Translations under genes and position numbers: made by a program
The notes under the pieces: model-generated
Told to the model about the DNA's origin: nothing
Seen by the model: the letters and a program-made list of their open reading frames with translations, nothing else
Databases searched by the model: none
Assembly (NCBI RefSeq): GCF_009914755.1
Contig: NC_060929.1
Strand: one strand, 5' to 3'
DNA: 64,000 bases
Source of the DNA: the human T2T-CHM13v2.0 reference genome, Homo sapiens
Part shown: positions 1 through 13,921 of the stretch, one piece after another
Numbering within the stretch: the first letter of the stretch is position 1
Layout: each line of letters begins with the position of its first letter

Positions 1-173
1 AGCTGCCACACCCTTTTAAACCATCAGATCTCGTGAGAACTCACTATCATGAGAACAACAGGGGGGAAACCGCCCCAATCATACAATCACCTCCCACCAG
101 GTCCCCGCCTTGACATGTGGGGATTACAATTCAGGATGAGATTTGGGTGGGGTCACAGAACCAAACCACATCA
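1..173 (-). mobile_element. MaLR LTR (MST/THE1 type), 5' part, cut by the window edge
   Basis: Ends gatgagatttgggtggggtcacagaaccaaaccacatca, the reverse complement of the MST/THE1 LTR start TGATATGGTTTGG..CCCCACCCAAATCTCATC. Confidence 0.85.
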
Positions 174-277
174 GGGGCTATCACATTTGGATCCAGACAG
201 AATTAGGTAGGGCTCCTGTCAGGTTGGTGTCCTTACCTATTTGTGTCTCCCATTTCCTAGTCTGTCTCATGAGGTCA

Positions 278-365
278 GCACTTCACAGGGTGATTATGAA
301 GATGAATGAAGGTCAAAACCTTAACATGAGGTCTAGCACATGATAGGCACTCAGTAAATGCTGCC
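278..365 (+). mobile_element. MIR 3' fragment
   Basis: cttcacagggtgattatgaagatgaatga...tagcacatgataggcactcagtaaatg resembles the MIR 3' end. Confidence 0.6.
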
Positions 366-1589
366 CATTTCCATATCTTAAACAAACAAACAAACAAACA
401 GACAACTCTCGCTCCTCACTGGTTCTATGCACTTAAATGTTTTAAAATTATCCATGGCAAGGAGTTTATATACAGTGTGAGGAAGGCAAATAGTTCAATT
501 GAATCCCCATTGAGGGTATTACTTGCCCCGTATTGGGACTTTTATCATCCCTGTTAGGCACTTGCACTTGTACTATTCTTGTAAATAAATAAAATGTTCT
601 AATTCTGAACTTACTGATAAATAGACTATGAAAATGACCTTTTTAAAGAAATTAGTTTTGGAAGTAAGAAAATGCATAGCCCAATTCTTATATTCTTAGA
701 GAGAGTAGGTTCTGAGAGACTGATACCACTAAAATCCATGGTGTTCATCTCTGTCCTTGCAATGATACATAATATATTCATATTTTTGGATTGATAGAAA
801 ACTATGTTAGCTTTGTTTTCATGTAAAGTGTGAAAGAAATCTCAAAACATTTTTATTTTCATCCTCTGACTTTTTATATCTTATTTTCTATTCCAATATA
901 TTATTTGTTTTGGTAACTTTTAAATCACTGCTGAGAGCCCATAATTTAAACTGAATTTATTTAAATAACTGCAGAATGTTTTGTACGTACTAGGATTTTT
1001 TTTTTTTTTGTATTTGGTAGTCATTCAGTAACTATTTGCTGATTTGAATATTTTAATTAGAAAGAAGATGAGAAGCAGTGTCTTTATGCCATTTTGGTGA
1101 ATCCATGAGTCTTATTGATAAAAGGATTTAAGCCAGAGGGCTATCCAAAAAAGGGTAAGATATTAAACTCCACAGGTAGGAGGAAAGAGTGTGCTAGGGA
1201 TAACAACCCTTATAGTATGAGATTTAGGGTCTTGACAGATAGAGAAAGTGGATTAAAGAGGACATGAAAGCAAATGCGCCTATTCAGCTGCTGATCAGAA
1301 AATGACAGATGGATTCACTAAGAAAGTTGAAATGGCACACCAGAAGGAGAAAACAATACTATTATTTAAGATAATAGAGACATTCTTCACAGATCGTTTC
1401 TGGAAAAACCAGCAGGCAAGTTTATCCCTTGATTGAGGAACTGAATACTTTCAATCAAAGCACAATGAGTTCACCTAATAAAAGTTTTCAGAACAAAAGT
1501 AAAGAAAAATAGAAGAAATTACAGGTGGCAAGCCTTTTACTTTTGTTCATTTGGCAGTGCCATTGAGCAATTACATTAACTACCTTCAG

Positions 1590-2110
1590 GCATTGTCTCT
1601 CAAAGCCTGGTGCGGGATCACTGGAGTCCCCAGAGACCCTTTCAGAGTTCAATGAGGTCAACATAATCTTCATAATAATACAAAGATGTTATTTGCATTT
1701 ATCATGTCATTTTTTCAAAACTACACAGAGACGTTTTTTTCTAGAGGCTACATAAAGTGTGGTATCATAACAGATTGAATTCAGAAGTAGATATGTGACT
1801 GTAGCTATCTTCTGTTTACTAAACATACTAAAGATACTTCCAAAAGTATAAACAATACCACTTCTCTATTTGTTGTTGTTCATTTTCAAAAGATAATTAT
1901 TTTATATTTAAAAAGACATGTTATTTACATTAACACATGATAGGCTTATTATTCTTGTATGACAAGTTAATAAGTATATGTTTTTAATTCTCAGTTTTAA
2001 ATTTTAAATATGGTATATATTAATAGACAACATCAACAAAAGTTCTTAAGACCATTAATACATTTTAATGGTATAAAGAGACCCTGAAACCAAAAAGTTT
2101 GAGAACCTTT
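1590..2110. mobile_element. hAT-Charlie-type DNA transposon remnant
   Basis: TIR-like ends tctcaaagcctggt ... aagtttgagaacc; internal gagaccctttcag..gaggtcaa..ttcataataata typical of Charlie-family MERs. Confidence 0.6.
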
Positions 2111-2384
2111 TTCTTAAGGAATATGAGCACATTCTTCTAAAAATTGCTTATGCAGTTTAGACTGGAGATGATCATCATGTCCATTTCTCTTCTTCTGGGA
2201 GCATGGAAGGAATATATTTCCTCACATTCCTATAATTAAGCAGCCGTAGTTGTAGCAATGTATTGTAGGTGGCAGTGACATGCATCACTGTCATCTCAGA
2301 ACATCTGATGTCTAATGTGAGATCGTTAAGCACTCTGTTTTCTCCGAGTTGTGGCACTCTTTTTTTCTCCGAGTTGTGGTCCTG

Positions 2385-2590
2385 GAGGCATGTTGTTGAC
2401 ATAAAGATGCCAAGGATGAAAGCAACCTAGAATGCTAAGCCAACCCTGGGAGGAGAGCTGCTCTGGAGAATCACATACACTGGCAGTAGACCCAGCGTGA
2501 GCAAGAAAAAAAAGGATGTTCATAGGGGCAAATCCCTGAGATTTGAAGCCTGTGTATTATCTTTGCATAAACTATCCTGCCCTGGCTTAT
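2385..2590 (+). mobile_element. Old MLT1 LTR fragment
   Basis: ggaggagagctgctctggaga...gtgagcaagaaa...ccctgagatttg resembles the MLT1 LTR 3' region. Confidence 0.55.
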
Positions 2591-3009
2591 ACATTTTTAT
2601 TCATAGAAAAGTCAGCATGATCAGAAAATTTTAGGGGCTGTTTACACTGACAGTAAAGGGAAAGTCTTTATACTGATAGAATAATGAGTGATTCAAAGTA
2701 GTTTTTCAAAATTGTCACTTATTTTTGATGTTTTAGAGTTAATTACAAAAAATGACATCACGCTTTATAAAAATGTTGCTAATATAGGTAATAGTTATGT
2801 CCTTATGCTTAAGGAACATGTGACACAAATGCTGTTCTTTTAGGTGCTTTGGGAAACTTGATGCTCAAAAATAATAATAACTTACACATATGGAGAGAAA
2901 TGGTCTCATGCATTTATTGAATAATAGTTTTTAAATGATCCCTTTGCAGCATGTACTTTGCTGGGGATAACACAGTGGCAAAGACAGTCTTCAATGTCAC
3001 CAATTAACG

Positions 3010-3257
3010 CACAGGCAGGAAATTGAGGAAAAGCAAAGGGCAAAATCTGCATGTCAGCTGAGTTGGCTGCATTTTCAAAAGCTTTCCAGAAAGTTTCTCC
3101 AAGGACATGTGCTTACATCTCATTGTCCAGCTATGAGGAAGGCTGTAAATCATAGGCTATTTGCAGGCAGATTGCCACCCTGAAGAAAATCCATTCTTGT
3201 TAATAAGGTGGAGGAGTGGATAGATATTGAGTAAGCAGCTAGGCATGTCTTCCACAA
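3010..3257 (-). mobile_element. Old MLT1 LTR fragment
   Basis: gcttacatctcattgtccag...gatattgagtaagcagctag...tcttccaca resembles reverse-strand MLT1K/L. Confidence 0.55.
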
Positions 3258-3914
3258 TTACCTTTGGTAATTGTAGATGTTTCCATCTCAGTTGTACCAA
3301 AAAATCTAGAATCTCATGCAGTGCCAAGGCATAAAGTCCTTAGTCCCCACTGCTCCAGAATACCATAGGGTCACCCACCACCCTGATCCACATGGCTGCT
3401 TCAGGTCCAGGGGCATTCTCCTTTTCACATGGCCACATTGGGGATTAGAAAATCTTTGGAAACTGCCTATGGACCCATGTGCGGAGATCCATGACAGTCA
3501 TTCCCCACAGACTGCTGTGGGAGTCAAGCCCATTTTCTCTTTCATCTTGATCCCACAGACCTCTGTTCTCAACTACTTCCTTGTCCCCATAACTGATGGT
3601 TTATTTCTAATTGTAGGGAAATCCATTTGCCTTCATGTTTCAACCTAGTCATTTGCCTACATGTAAAAATCCTCTCCACCCTCTGGAAGCTGGGGAATTC
3701 ATGGACAATTTTTCCTTTCTACCCTCATGCATCTCTCCCTAAAGCAACATTTACAGGACCAATGACCTGCTTGAATAAAAGGATGGATAAAACATATATT
3801 TAATATTATAAAGTGTTATCCTATCACATAAGAGATTGTGTTTTCAATACAATGTTGTAAGATTTCTGATATGGGTATGCAGGGCATGCTGTAATAAGCC
3901 CCAGGATTCTGTTC

Positions 3915-4490
3915 CAGTGGGTCTCAGGGATGATTTTCTGCAAAAGGTGATGTCTAAACTGAAATATTGGTAGAATCTATCCAGTTGAAAATAAAAGAGG
4001 GAGGAAAGGTAAAAGAGAAGAAGAGAGGGAGAGAGAGAATAAAAGGCATTCCATAGAAAGGAAATAGCATATGTAGGGACAAGGAAAAGATGATGAGGTA
4101 GGGGACTGTCAGTAGCTCAATACGTGGCTTGAGAGTACAGGGTGAAGTAGAGAGTGATGGTGATGCAGAAGAGGCTCGAGAGGAATATAGCTCATTTGGA
4201 TTTCATTCATGCAAAACTGAGCAGTCCTAAAGATTACGCTTTAGTAAGATCTCTGGCTGCGGTATGAAACACAGATTCAAGCTGTGCAAGATTGGAATTA
4301 GGGTAACCTGTTGGAGGTCTGTTGTAATTATTTTAGCAAGAGATTATGTGAGGTTGACTTAACGTCATAGCAGTGGGAAGGAAATAACTGAATGAATTGA
4401 AGAGTTATTATGAATATAGAACAATTTCAACATCAAAAATTAACCTTTGTCTTTGGATTGGCAGTTAAGTGTGTGTTGGTATAATCTCTG
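3915..4490 (-). mobile_element. L2 fragment
   Basis: aggtgatgtctaaactga, ggcattccatagaaaggaaatagcatatgt and agatctctggctgc are degraded antisense L2 motifs. Confidence 0.6.
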
Positions 4491-4638
4491 AGACAAAAAA
4501 ATCAAAACAAAACAAAACAAAAACAAAAAACAAGAGGGGGTCCAAATTCTGTGCAGAAGCTCTCCCATCTAAAGTTTCAACCACTTCCCATTTTCTGCTC
4601 TATTTTTATTTTATTTTTGAGACATAGTCTCTATTTTT

Positions 4639-4945
4639 CTATTTATTTATTTATCTATTTTTTTGAAATGGGGTTTCACTCTGTCTCCCTGGCTGGAGTG
4701 CAGTGATGTGATCTTGGTTCACTGCAGCCTCAACTTCCTAAGCTCAAGTGGTCCTCTCACCTCAGCCTCCCAAATAACTGGGACTACAGGTGTGTACCAC
4801 CATACCTGCATAATTTTTGTATTTTTTGTAGGGACGGGGTTTCACCATGTTGCCCAGGCTGGTCTTGAATTCCTGGGCTCAAACTATCTGCCCAACTTGG
4901 CCTCCCAAAATGCTGATATTACAGGCATGAGCCACTGCATCCAGC
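4639..4945 (-). mobile_element. AluJ
   Basis: Full dimer with J-type features (cactgcagcctcaacttcc, ttgcccaggctggtcttgaattcctgggctcaa). Confidence 0.93.
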
Positions 4946-5002
4946 TATTTGTTTTAAGAACTTAACCATATCTTCTGTATCTTTTTCTAGTTTGTGTAAC
5001 CT

Positions 5003-5122
5003 CACTAGAATATGAACTCCAGTGGGAAGATACTTGTGCAAATTTTGTTTTCTGTTGCATCCCCAACTCCTAGAAGAATGCCAAGCACATAGTGAGCTAC
5101 TGAATAAATATTTCATAAATGA
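5003..5122 (+). mobile_element. L2 3' end
   Basis: ctagaatatgaactcc...gcacatagtgagctactgaataaatattt matches the L2a terminus. Confidence 0.7.
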
Positions 5123-6386
5123 TAGGGTAACTGATAAATTCACTAAATAAGCTATAATGGGTCAATAGTAAAATGCATCAGTTCAGTGCTTAGATTTGCT
5201 GAGTATGAGTTGCCTTCAGACATTTCATAATAGGTGTCCAATATATACTAGAGATGTGGATATGGAGTTCAGATGATATCTCTGGTATAGAAATAGAGCT
5301 TCACAGGGGGTCCTCAAAATACAGGCAAACTTTGAAACAATGAGAGTGAATGAGATATTCATTTTGTAATTCAGCTCTTGGTTATATAAAATATCCTACC
5401 AGTATTCTTTGTAGCTACTTTTGTTTCTAATAGAAATCTCCCTTTTTCATCAGTGAGTCAATGGAAAAATTATCTTTGTAGTCACTTTCCCTACACTTCA
5501 CTCTCTGAATATCTTTCTCATCAGGAATGTTGCTGCTTCTTTAAGGAATGTAGTTCCTTCTTTATTTCATCTGATATATATCATCTTATATATCATGTTT
5601 TGGTTCTTTAGGTACTTCAAGGACTTTGCTGATTACTAATTAAGAACTTGCTAAAAGGAAAACATCCTTATCTTATACTCATTTCTGTATTACATCAATG
5701 CCCCTGAAAAAATTTGTACTCACCAAGAGCTTTTCCAAACACCTCCCATTTTCTTTCTTTCTCACTATTCTTCTTTATATTTTGGAAATGACCCAAACCT
5801 AAATGATATTTTCTCAGGAGAAAGAGTTTGGAACTTCAGAAAAAAAAATTTCTTTCCTTTTTTATTTTGAGGTAGAGCTGGCCACTAATTTGCCACTGAT
5901 TTTGATAACAGATAATCCAATAAATCTACTCATCAGTCAGAGGCAGAAACAAATTTTGTAAATGAGTCCTGTAAGGTAGAGTTTGGTGGCAGCTTCCTGG
6001 AGTAGTTGTTTTGGGCATGGCTTTTTTTTTTTTTTCTTTAGAGTAAGTTTGAGAAGAGTCCTACATGTGGAAGAACTGAGCATGATGCTTAGAAATGTGA
6101 CTGGAAACAAGGCATGTGTCTGAAGAAGTGGTGGGGGCTGGGAATCACGTGTGCATAATTTTTATTCCAGGCAGCAGGGTGGGCCGCAGTGGTTTTAGGA
6201 GATTCTGAACAGAGTCATGAAGTGGGAGATACTAAATTGACTAACTTCAGTGATGGGAAGAAATAATTCCAGATTTTATAAGACAACTAAAGCAATAGTT
6301 TTCTTATAGCCCTTAGTTAATCTTATTTCTATGTAAGAGCTTAAAAGAGCTGGGGAGTTGGGGATGTGAAAAAGGGAACTATCTGT

Positions 6387-6758
6387 TGTATTAGTCCATT
6401 TTCATACTACTGTGAAGAAGTACCTGAGACTGAGTAATTTATAAAGAAAAAGAGGTTTAAAGGAATCACAGTTCCACATGGCTAGGGAGGCCTCACAATC
6501 ATGGCGGAAGGCAAAGAAGCAGCAAAGGATCATCTTACAGTCTTACATGGTGGCAGAGAAGAGGGTGTGTGCTGGGAAACTGCCTTTTATAAAACCGTGA
6601 GATCTCATGAGACTTATTAACTATCATGAGAACAGCACAGGAAAACCCCGCCTTTATGATTCAATTACCTCCCACTGGATCTCTCTCATGACACATGGGG
6701 ATTGTAGGAGCTACAAATCAAGGTGAGATTTGGGTGGGGACACAGTCAAACCATATTA
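6387..6758 (-). mobile_element. THE1 solo LTR (ERVL-MaLR)
   Basis: tgtattagtcc...ggacacagtcaaaccatatta; perfect 5-bp TSD TCTGT at 6382-6386 and 6759-6763. Confidence 0.95.
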
Positions 6759-9229
6759 TCTGTCTTGTATTGTATTTCTCAAGAAACTACGTGAAGTTAT
6801 ACCAGATGCCTTAAAAGTGACCCAGCCCCTTCTGGTAGGCTTCTGTTCATCCAGTGTGAGGGGTGGCTATAAGGTTATTATAAAATTGTTCATGGTCAAT
6901 CTATAAATGACTCTGAAAATATGAAGGAAACTATTGAAAACTTGGCATTTCCATATAAATTGTAACATTTGTGAAGTGAGGAACTACATGTTATTTTAAA
7001 ATATAGTATTTGTCATATATCCCAACGTGTTGTCCGCATAAATAAAATTTAAGAAATATTGATCATTCATTTATTATTTACAAAAATCATTTGAAATAAT
7101 GTTTTAATATATCTTTTAAAAGAAACTCAGAGTTTGCTGTATGCAGGTTGTTCACTTTTAGCTTTTTATTACCTAAATTGGAAGTCTTTTAAGCAAAAAA
7201 ATTGAGCTGCAGAGTAATTCACCCAGAAAATTACTGGTAGAGTTTGAAATACAGCCAAGGACTTCATATTCTCAGTCTTTGTGGTAGATGGTAGAAATGA
7301 TTCTCAAAATGTTTCTTCCTTGTGGATAGAGTACGTTCTTTAAAGAATCAATTACTGAGCTGTATTCCTCAATTGTAAAATGTTTTTTTTCTCATTATCA
7401 CTATACAAACGGTTAGAGATGAGCAGATATTCATTAAGAGAAATGCTTGAAGGTAGAATATAGACCCACCCATTCGTAATACAGTTCCCAGATAGTTGTT
7501 TGAAGCTCTGAGCAGGGGTCTCTGTGTCCCACAACTTACCCTCTTCCTTCATGCACAATTATAAGACAGTCTGACTTACTTTAACAGTTTTTAAAGTAAC
7601 AATTTAATCTTTGCCTTTTAGGATAATGATGAAATAATTATCATCTATAGAAACAACACTAACTCTTCACTGAAAATTCAGTAACAATTGCACATAGAGT
7701 TGAATGAGCTTCACCTATTTCCTCTAGTTTAAAAGTCCCACTAAATTGCAAAAGCAGATTTTCCTCTGACCCTCCTTCTAAAAGAATTGTTTTGATCCCT
7801 AGCACCATAAGCTTTGTGGATAACACAATTTCAGATTCAAGCCCATTTCCTACCTCAGGCTTAACACTGCAAGTCACAATTTTAATAGAATAATTCATTT
7901 TTGAGAGGTAAGCAGCCAAGCAATCATGTCAGCTACTGCTATTTATTAATAATAAATGTAAAACACCAAGATAAAGTATACATTCTTAAGTTAATCAGAC
8001 AATGTGACTTCAGGAATTACAACACAAAATCTTTCAGCTGTTCCTTGGAAACATTGGAGCATCAAGTTCAATATTGATTAAAAAATCTGTAAGCACAGAC
8101 ACGAAATACACAATGAATCTCTTTGTATAGTCTATACAGTGCATGCTTTTAAGGTCAATATGTGTACATGTATAGCACAAGGAACCTGTATTTAGGAAAG
8201 TGTGCCTTGAGGTTAAGGCTTTGCTCATGTGAGCTAAATTACCTTCAAGTACCTGGCTCACAGTACTGCCGTGTGATTTAAACTTGCTCCTCCTGATCCA
8301 TTCACTTCTATGCGGCAGAAACTTCCAAGGAAGGTCAGTGGTATATCTAAGAGATTATGACAGCTGAATTATGGTTTCAAACAGGTTTGGCTTTTACACT
8401 ACCTTAGAAAATGAAATCGCTTTTGATTTATAGTCATTTTACATTAATATGCATTTCTCTCTTGTATTTCACTTGAAATTAGGCAGGCCAGGTTTATACA
8501 TTCCAGATTATTTCTTGAGGTGCCTACTGAATTACATATTTTAAACAAATCATTCTGAGTAAGTTGACATCAGGTGCAAACAATGAGAGAGAATAAGTAG
8601 GAGGCTCTGAATTTTCCTAGCTATTAATAGCAACATTAAAGGCATCAAGACCTCTGTATGACATGCTAGTCAAGGTGTATTTCTCTGTAAATGATCTTGT
8701 ACCCAGCAAAAATAGAAAAAGACACTGGATCAGAGGTCCTGTGATATCTGTCATGAGATTTTTTTCCCCTAAGTTATGGATAATTTGGGAAATACATTTT
8801 CAGGTTTCTGGATATTTGATAATAGGAAACTTTGTCTCACATTTTATAAACATATCAACGGTAGAAGATAATGCTTTTTTACCTTATAAAATACACAATT
8901 TTCATTTCTGGATGGTCTTATAATTTTCTTTGGTGCCATAACTATTGTTGGCTTACTGAATAGAAACTTCATATCCCTCTGAATCCTCTTTCACTCTACT
9001 ATGGATTATTTTCAAGGGCATTGTAACTCAGGCTTTAGAGGGCAAGCAGGAGAATTGACTGATAGTCCCAAGTTTTACTTCTGTGGTCGATTGCAGCTTT
9101 TTGAACTTGAAGATACACTACTCTGGATTCTCTTAAGTGCTTTTGAGAAGTAATATATTTTATAACACAGGAAGACCAACTTACATCTGCATTACTTTAC
9201 TCTATGGAAGAGTGGATCTAATAATATTA

Positions 9230-9350
9230 ATTCATTGATTTTGTTTTCAACAAATATTTGCCATGTTCCTATCATCTACCAGGTGTTGTTCTAGGAAATG
9301 GGGATACAGAGATAATTACAACAATGTCCATGTTTTTACAGTGCTCTCCC
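9230..9350 (-). mobile_element. L2 3' end
   Basis: ttcaacaaatatttg...ccaggtgttgttctagg..ggggatacagag. Confidence 0.65.
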
Positions 9351-10332
9351 TTTTTACTACTGAATTAATATGTTATTAGTGTTACATATTGAGATTGTCT
9401 CTGAACACTTCAGTTTCTATTACCGTCTGAAATCTGATGATTTCTTTTTCACAAAATTAAGAGACTATTAGGAGAGAAGGAATGGCTTATGTATGAATAC
9501 GGAGAGGTAAAAGGAAGGGAGAAGGATCATAGAAAGCAATGATGCTGAGGCACTTACTCATACCTCACTCATCCCCAATGGCTGTCTCTGGGGCAAGGAT
9601 ACTTTTCTTATATTTTAGTTCAAATAGTGACTCATTACTCAATAAACCGAATACTTCCTGCATGTCTGTTGTAATTATCTGAATTATGTGGAATAAAGAG
9701 TTTCTTTATATCATTCAGAACACTCAATTTGAAGAAACTATGTTAAAGAAGAATTAATGTAGTTTTACAGAGGAAAGAGACATAAGACTCCATAAAAAAA
9801 GAGATGACAAAATACAAAGGTCCATTTTTTAAAATCTCATAGAAATATTTTCACAACCACCTGAAAATATTTAAATGCAACTTAGTTCTTTATTAATAGA
9901 AAGTTTACAGTTACTTTGGAGCATCATAATCTTTTGCTGTTAGAGGAATGACTTAACTGTGAGCTCTAATCCCTATAGCAGGAAGTATTTACTCTTTATT
10001 ATTATAGATTTATGCCTGACTGCATGAAGCAACTTGTGCTTCTAGAACCGATGATTTTCCACAATACTCTTGTCTCTTCAGCCAAGCCTTACTTAAAGAT
10101 TAGGTCAATGCAAGCCTTCATGCATTGTTAATGGAAGCCTGTCCACTGCTTCCAACTCATTCTGTACTTCTTCATATATTCCTGTCTTCATCATCATATT
10201 GATTGATATTTACTACATATTATATGCTTTCTTAAGCATTGTTCTGTACCTACCTTGTACTATATTTGGACTAACAACAAGTTTTAAGTAAACAAGTAAG
10301 TGAAATCCCTTGATATTGAGAAATTCATGGTT

Positions 10333-10492
10333 CAGTGCAGTTATTCTTTACTGTAGACAAGCATTGGACTCAACCTGGGGACTGTAAAAAATACAGATTT
10401 TTATCCCTCACCAAGTCTGAGTGAGGAATTCCGTATCTCAAAATTTTTCTCTATGTGCTTCTGTTGCACATATGCAGCTGAGTACCCCTGGT
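10333..10492. mobile_element. MER5-like hAT MITE within L2-like sequence
   Basis: ggactcaacctgggg..aaaaatacagat...ttctgttgcaca..gctgagtacccctg; L2-like sequence on both sides. Confidence 0.5.
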
Positions 10493-11141
10493 AGTGTAAC
10501 GGGCCTTGATAACAAATAATTACAAAGGAATGAAACAAATATTATTGCAGGGTGCAATACGTAGTATGATTATGAATAGGAGGGTGCCTGGTTCTGTGTG
10601 GGTGAATTGTCAGGCTGAGGAAATGATAGTTAGCTTAAACGGTAACTGGAATTAGATGGGCAAAGCAGGTGGGGAGGTTCGATGTGTGCAAAAATACACA
10701 GGCATGGAATGAGTAAGATTTTAACAGTTTTCAAGTATATAGAAAAGTTTCAAAAGTCATATAATGAATACATATATGAATTCACCTGTATTTAACAATT
10801 GTTAACATCCTAAAATAACATTTTGAAAAACCAAAACCAAACCAAACAACAATGACAACATCAACAATCTTTTAGCTTCTTCTTAATGAAAATATCTGGA
10901 AACTCGGGATTTTGATATTCAAGTTGTATACTTTTTTCTGAAACATAAATACTATACACCTATTAAAAAGGTAACATTCCTCTACCTAAAATAATTCCAC
11001 TGCATTTAGGAAAAAGAATAGACTCTTTGATGTGTACAATTCTGTCTATTGCTAAAAGTTTATCATTCTGTGTGTGTGTGTGCGTGAGTGTGCATCTATC
11101 TTGTTCAACAAGATAGAACAATCATATGGTTTGCTCTATAA

Positions 11142-11521
<380 letters not shown>

Positions 11522-12879
11522 AGGAATTTTTTAAGGAAACTATTAGATATATTGTAGTCCTGAGCTGCACCTTTGCTCTCAGTAAAGATCTATGGTAATA
11601 CTGAGGAAGGAAGAAAGAAAGAGTGAATAAAGGTATTTGAGACCCAATACAGCAGTACATTTTCCATGAGCAGCTTGAAAATTGGCAGCTCTAGCTAAAA
11701 AAAGGGCAAGAGTTAATGTTCAAGATGACATTTTTTTGACCCTGAAGATGAATGCAGAAGTAGATAGCATATCAGCTTCCATATATTTTTTTTGGAAGCA
11801 GATATCACACATATTAAGAAGCATGCTGGAAATTGGCCAAACCCAATCCTCTGTTCTGTATTGACTTGTCTTTGATTTTAATTATACAATATGCACTTTT
11901 AGAGCATTGATAATCTCATGAAAAAGTTTGGACTAAAGGGTTTTTCAGTTACTTTTTGAAGATATATGTCTCAAAATTTTATATAACATCCTTTAAAAAT
12001 TGTACTAAAATATCACCTCTGTCCATAAATATGGTTATTTAATTTTTTTGAAATTATTCAAACTTGTTTATTGATTTCATTGTATAATCCAAGAATATAT
12101 TTGTTGAACAACATACAATGCACATAAAAAATACATATTATATAAGATTTATTTATATTAAGATAATTATTATTTCGGGAAATAGAAAATTTTCAGAACC
12201 ACTGAGGTGGAATTTAGAGTTTTGATCAGTGTAAGCATTATTTTATTAGTCATCACATTAAATTGAAGCTATTTGAATCTGCTGCTTATGGTTTATATTT
12301 GTTCAAGACAGATAATGCTTTATGAATGCAGATATGAGAGAAGCTTTGCAACGTTACATGTTATTCGGGTTTAATGTTTATGGTTGTCAGACTGAAACTA
12401 CTGAATGCAAATGTCTTTCATGTGTTCATACCATCAGGAATGATTTTCAGGACACAAATGCTAGTTGAAAGTATGTGCTCAGTCATTTCTGTAGAGGGTT
12501 CTTTTTCATTCTTGAGGCATGACTGACGACCTCAACATCAGACTGATGGTGAGTCACCAGACCTTTATAAAATATAGAGCTTGATCTAGAAAGCAAAAAC
12601 AAATAGTTGGTCACCATAGGTACTTAGACTACTGCTGGTAAGCAAACCCTATTCATAAACACTATCACTTTAGGGGGAAACTTGTCCCAGATTTTCAATA
12701 TACATTCTCTTGTCTAGATTTTTGAACATTTTAATAATGATTATAGCTTCTTATATGTTAACAGGAATATTTGTATGAAAACATGACACTTAGAATTACT
12801 TGTCTTGGTTTCCTCACAATTAACGCTAAGCGTTTTGGCGTGAAGTAGACAATTTCTATATTTTAACTGGCCAGCATCA

Positions 12880-13312
12880 ATTTCCATTTCTTACCAGTAC
12901 CTTGATTTTCTTTTAAAAAATGATCTCTCCCATTCTGTGTGGTCTGGATGGTGGAGTAAATCACATCATACTTCTTTTTGACTTAGGGAAGCTGAAGGGA
13001 TCCCCACATCTCTATACACAGGTACTATTGTGGGGTGCATGTAAAACCTAGGCTCAGCCAAACAGTTTCCTCTTTTAGAACCATAAATCTTGACAGGAAT
13101 GAAACAGAATGGAAGCAATAGTGGAAGCTCATTTACTCCAGCAGTTTTCTCTTTCAGAAAAGCAGTTCTAGTCTTGGTTCTTGCTCTGATTCTAATCCTG
13201 GCTCTCCTTAACCCTATCCATTTGATAACTCTCGGATAGCCTTCAAATAAATTTATTTTATAGTTAGCTAGAATGGGTTTCCTTTGTTTGCAAACAAAAA
13301 ACTCTAACACAA
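12880..13312 (+). mobile_element. Old ERVL LTR (LTR16/LTR33-like)
   Basis: 3' end aataaattt...ttagctagaatgggtttcctttgtttgcaaac..ctctaacaca. Confidence 0.5.
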
Positions 13313-13899
13313 GATACCCTGAAGTTCAGTAACACAAGCAACTTGAGCAAGGAAATTAATATGGCTTTTAAGCTTCTAGTCCAGACCATTGTTGGTGTCT
13401 GGAGACTATCAATTAGCTGCCACCTTTTTTGAATCGTTTTTAAACTTTGAAAAGTCCTTTTGCTCTTGACCTTCAGAAATGAACAATTCTCATAAAATAT
13501 TAAAAGATATGGACCTGATTTATTTTAGTGGAATGAAAATGAAAGGAAAGGGTTTTTTTCAGCTTGACAATATCGATGTCTACTTTCCTCTAATTTTAAT
13601 GCAGAAGCTGTCAGTATACATTAGAGACAACTCAGTAAATCTTTACAGAGAAGAGACATTGAAAAATATTCTCCTGATTATCCATTTCCCTCTTGAGACC
13701 AGGACTACACTACACATGATATACAATATGTCTCAACCAAAATGGAAAATGTAGCTAATTATCATTTTAGTCAAACACATCAGAGATTTAAAAAAAAAAA
13801 AGATAGGCAAATATAGTCTGTTTCTAACTGTCCAGGGAGAAAAAGTTCCGTTTGTGAATAATACATTTCATATACCTTCTTCCTGTCTTTGTCTGTCTT

Positions 13900-13921
13900 C
13901 TCTCTCTCTCTCTCTCTCTCT
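13900..13921. repeat. (CT)n microsatellite
   Basis: Direct reading. Confidence 0.9.
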
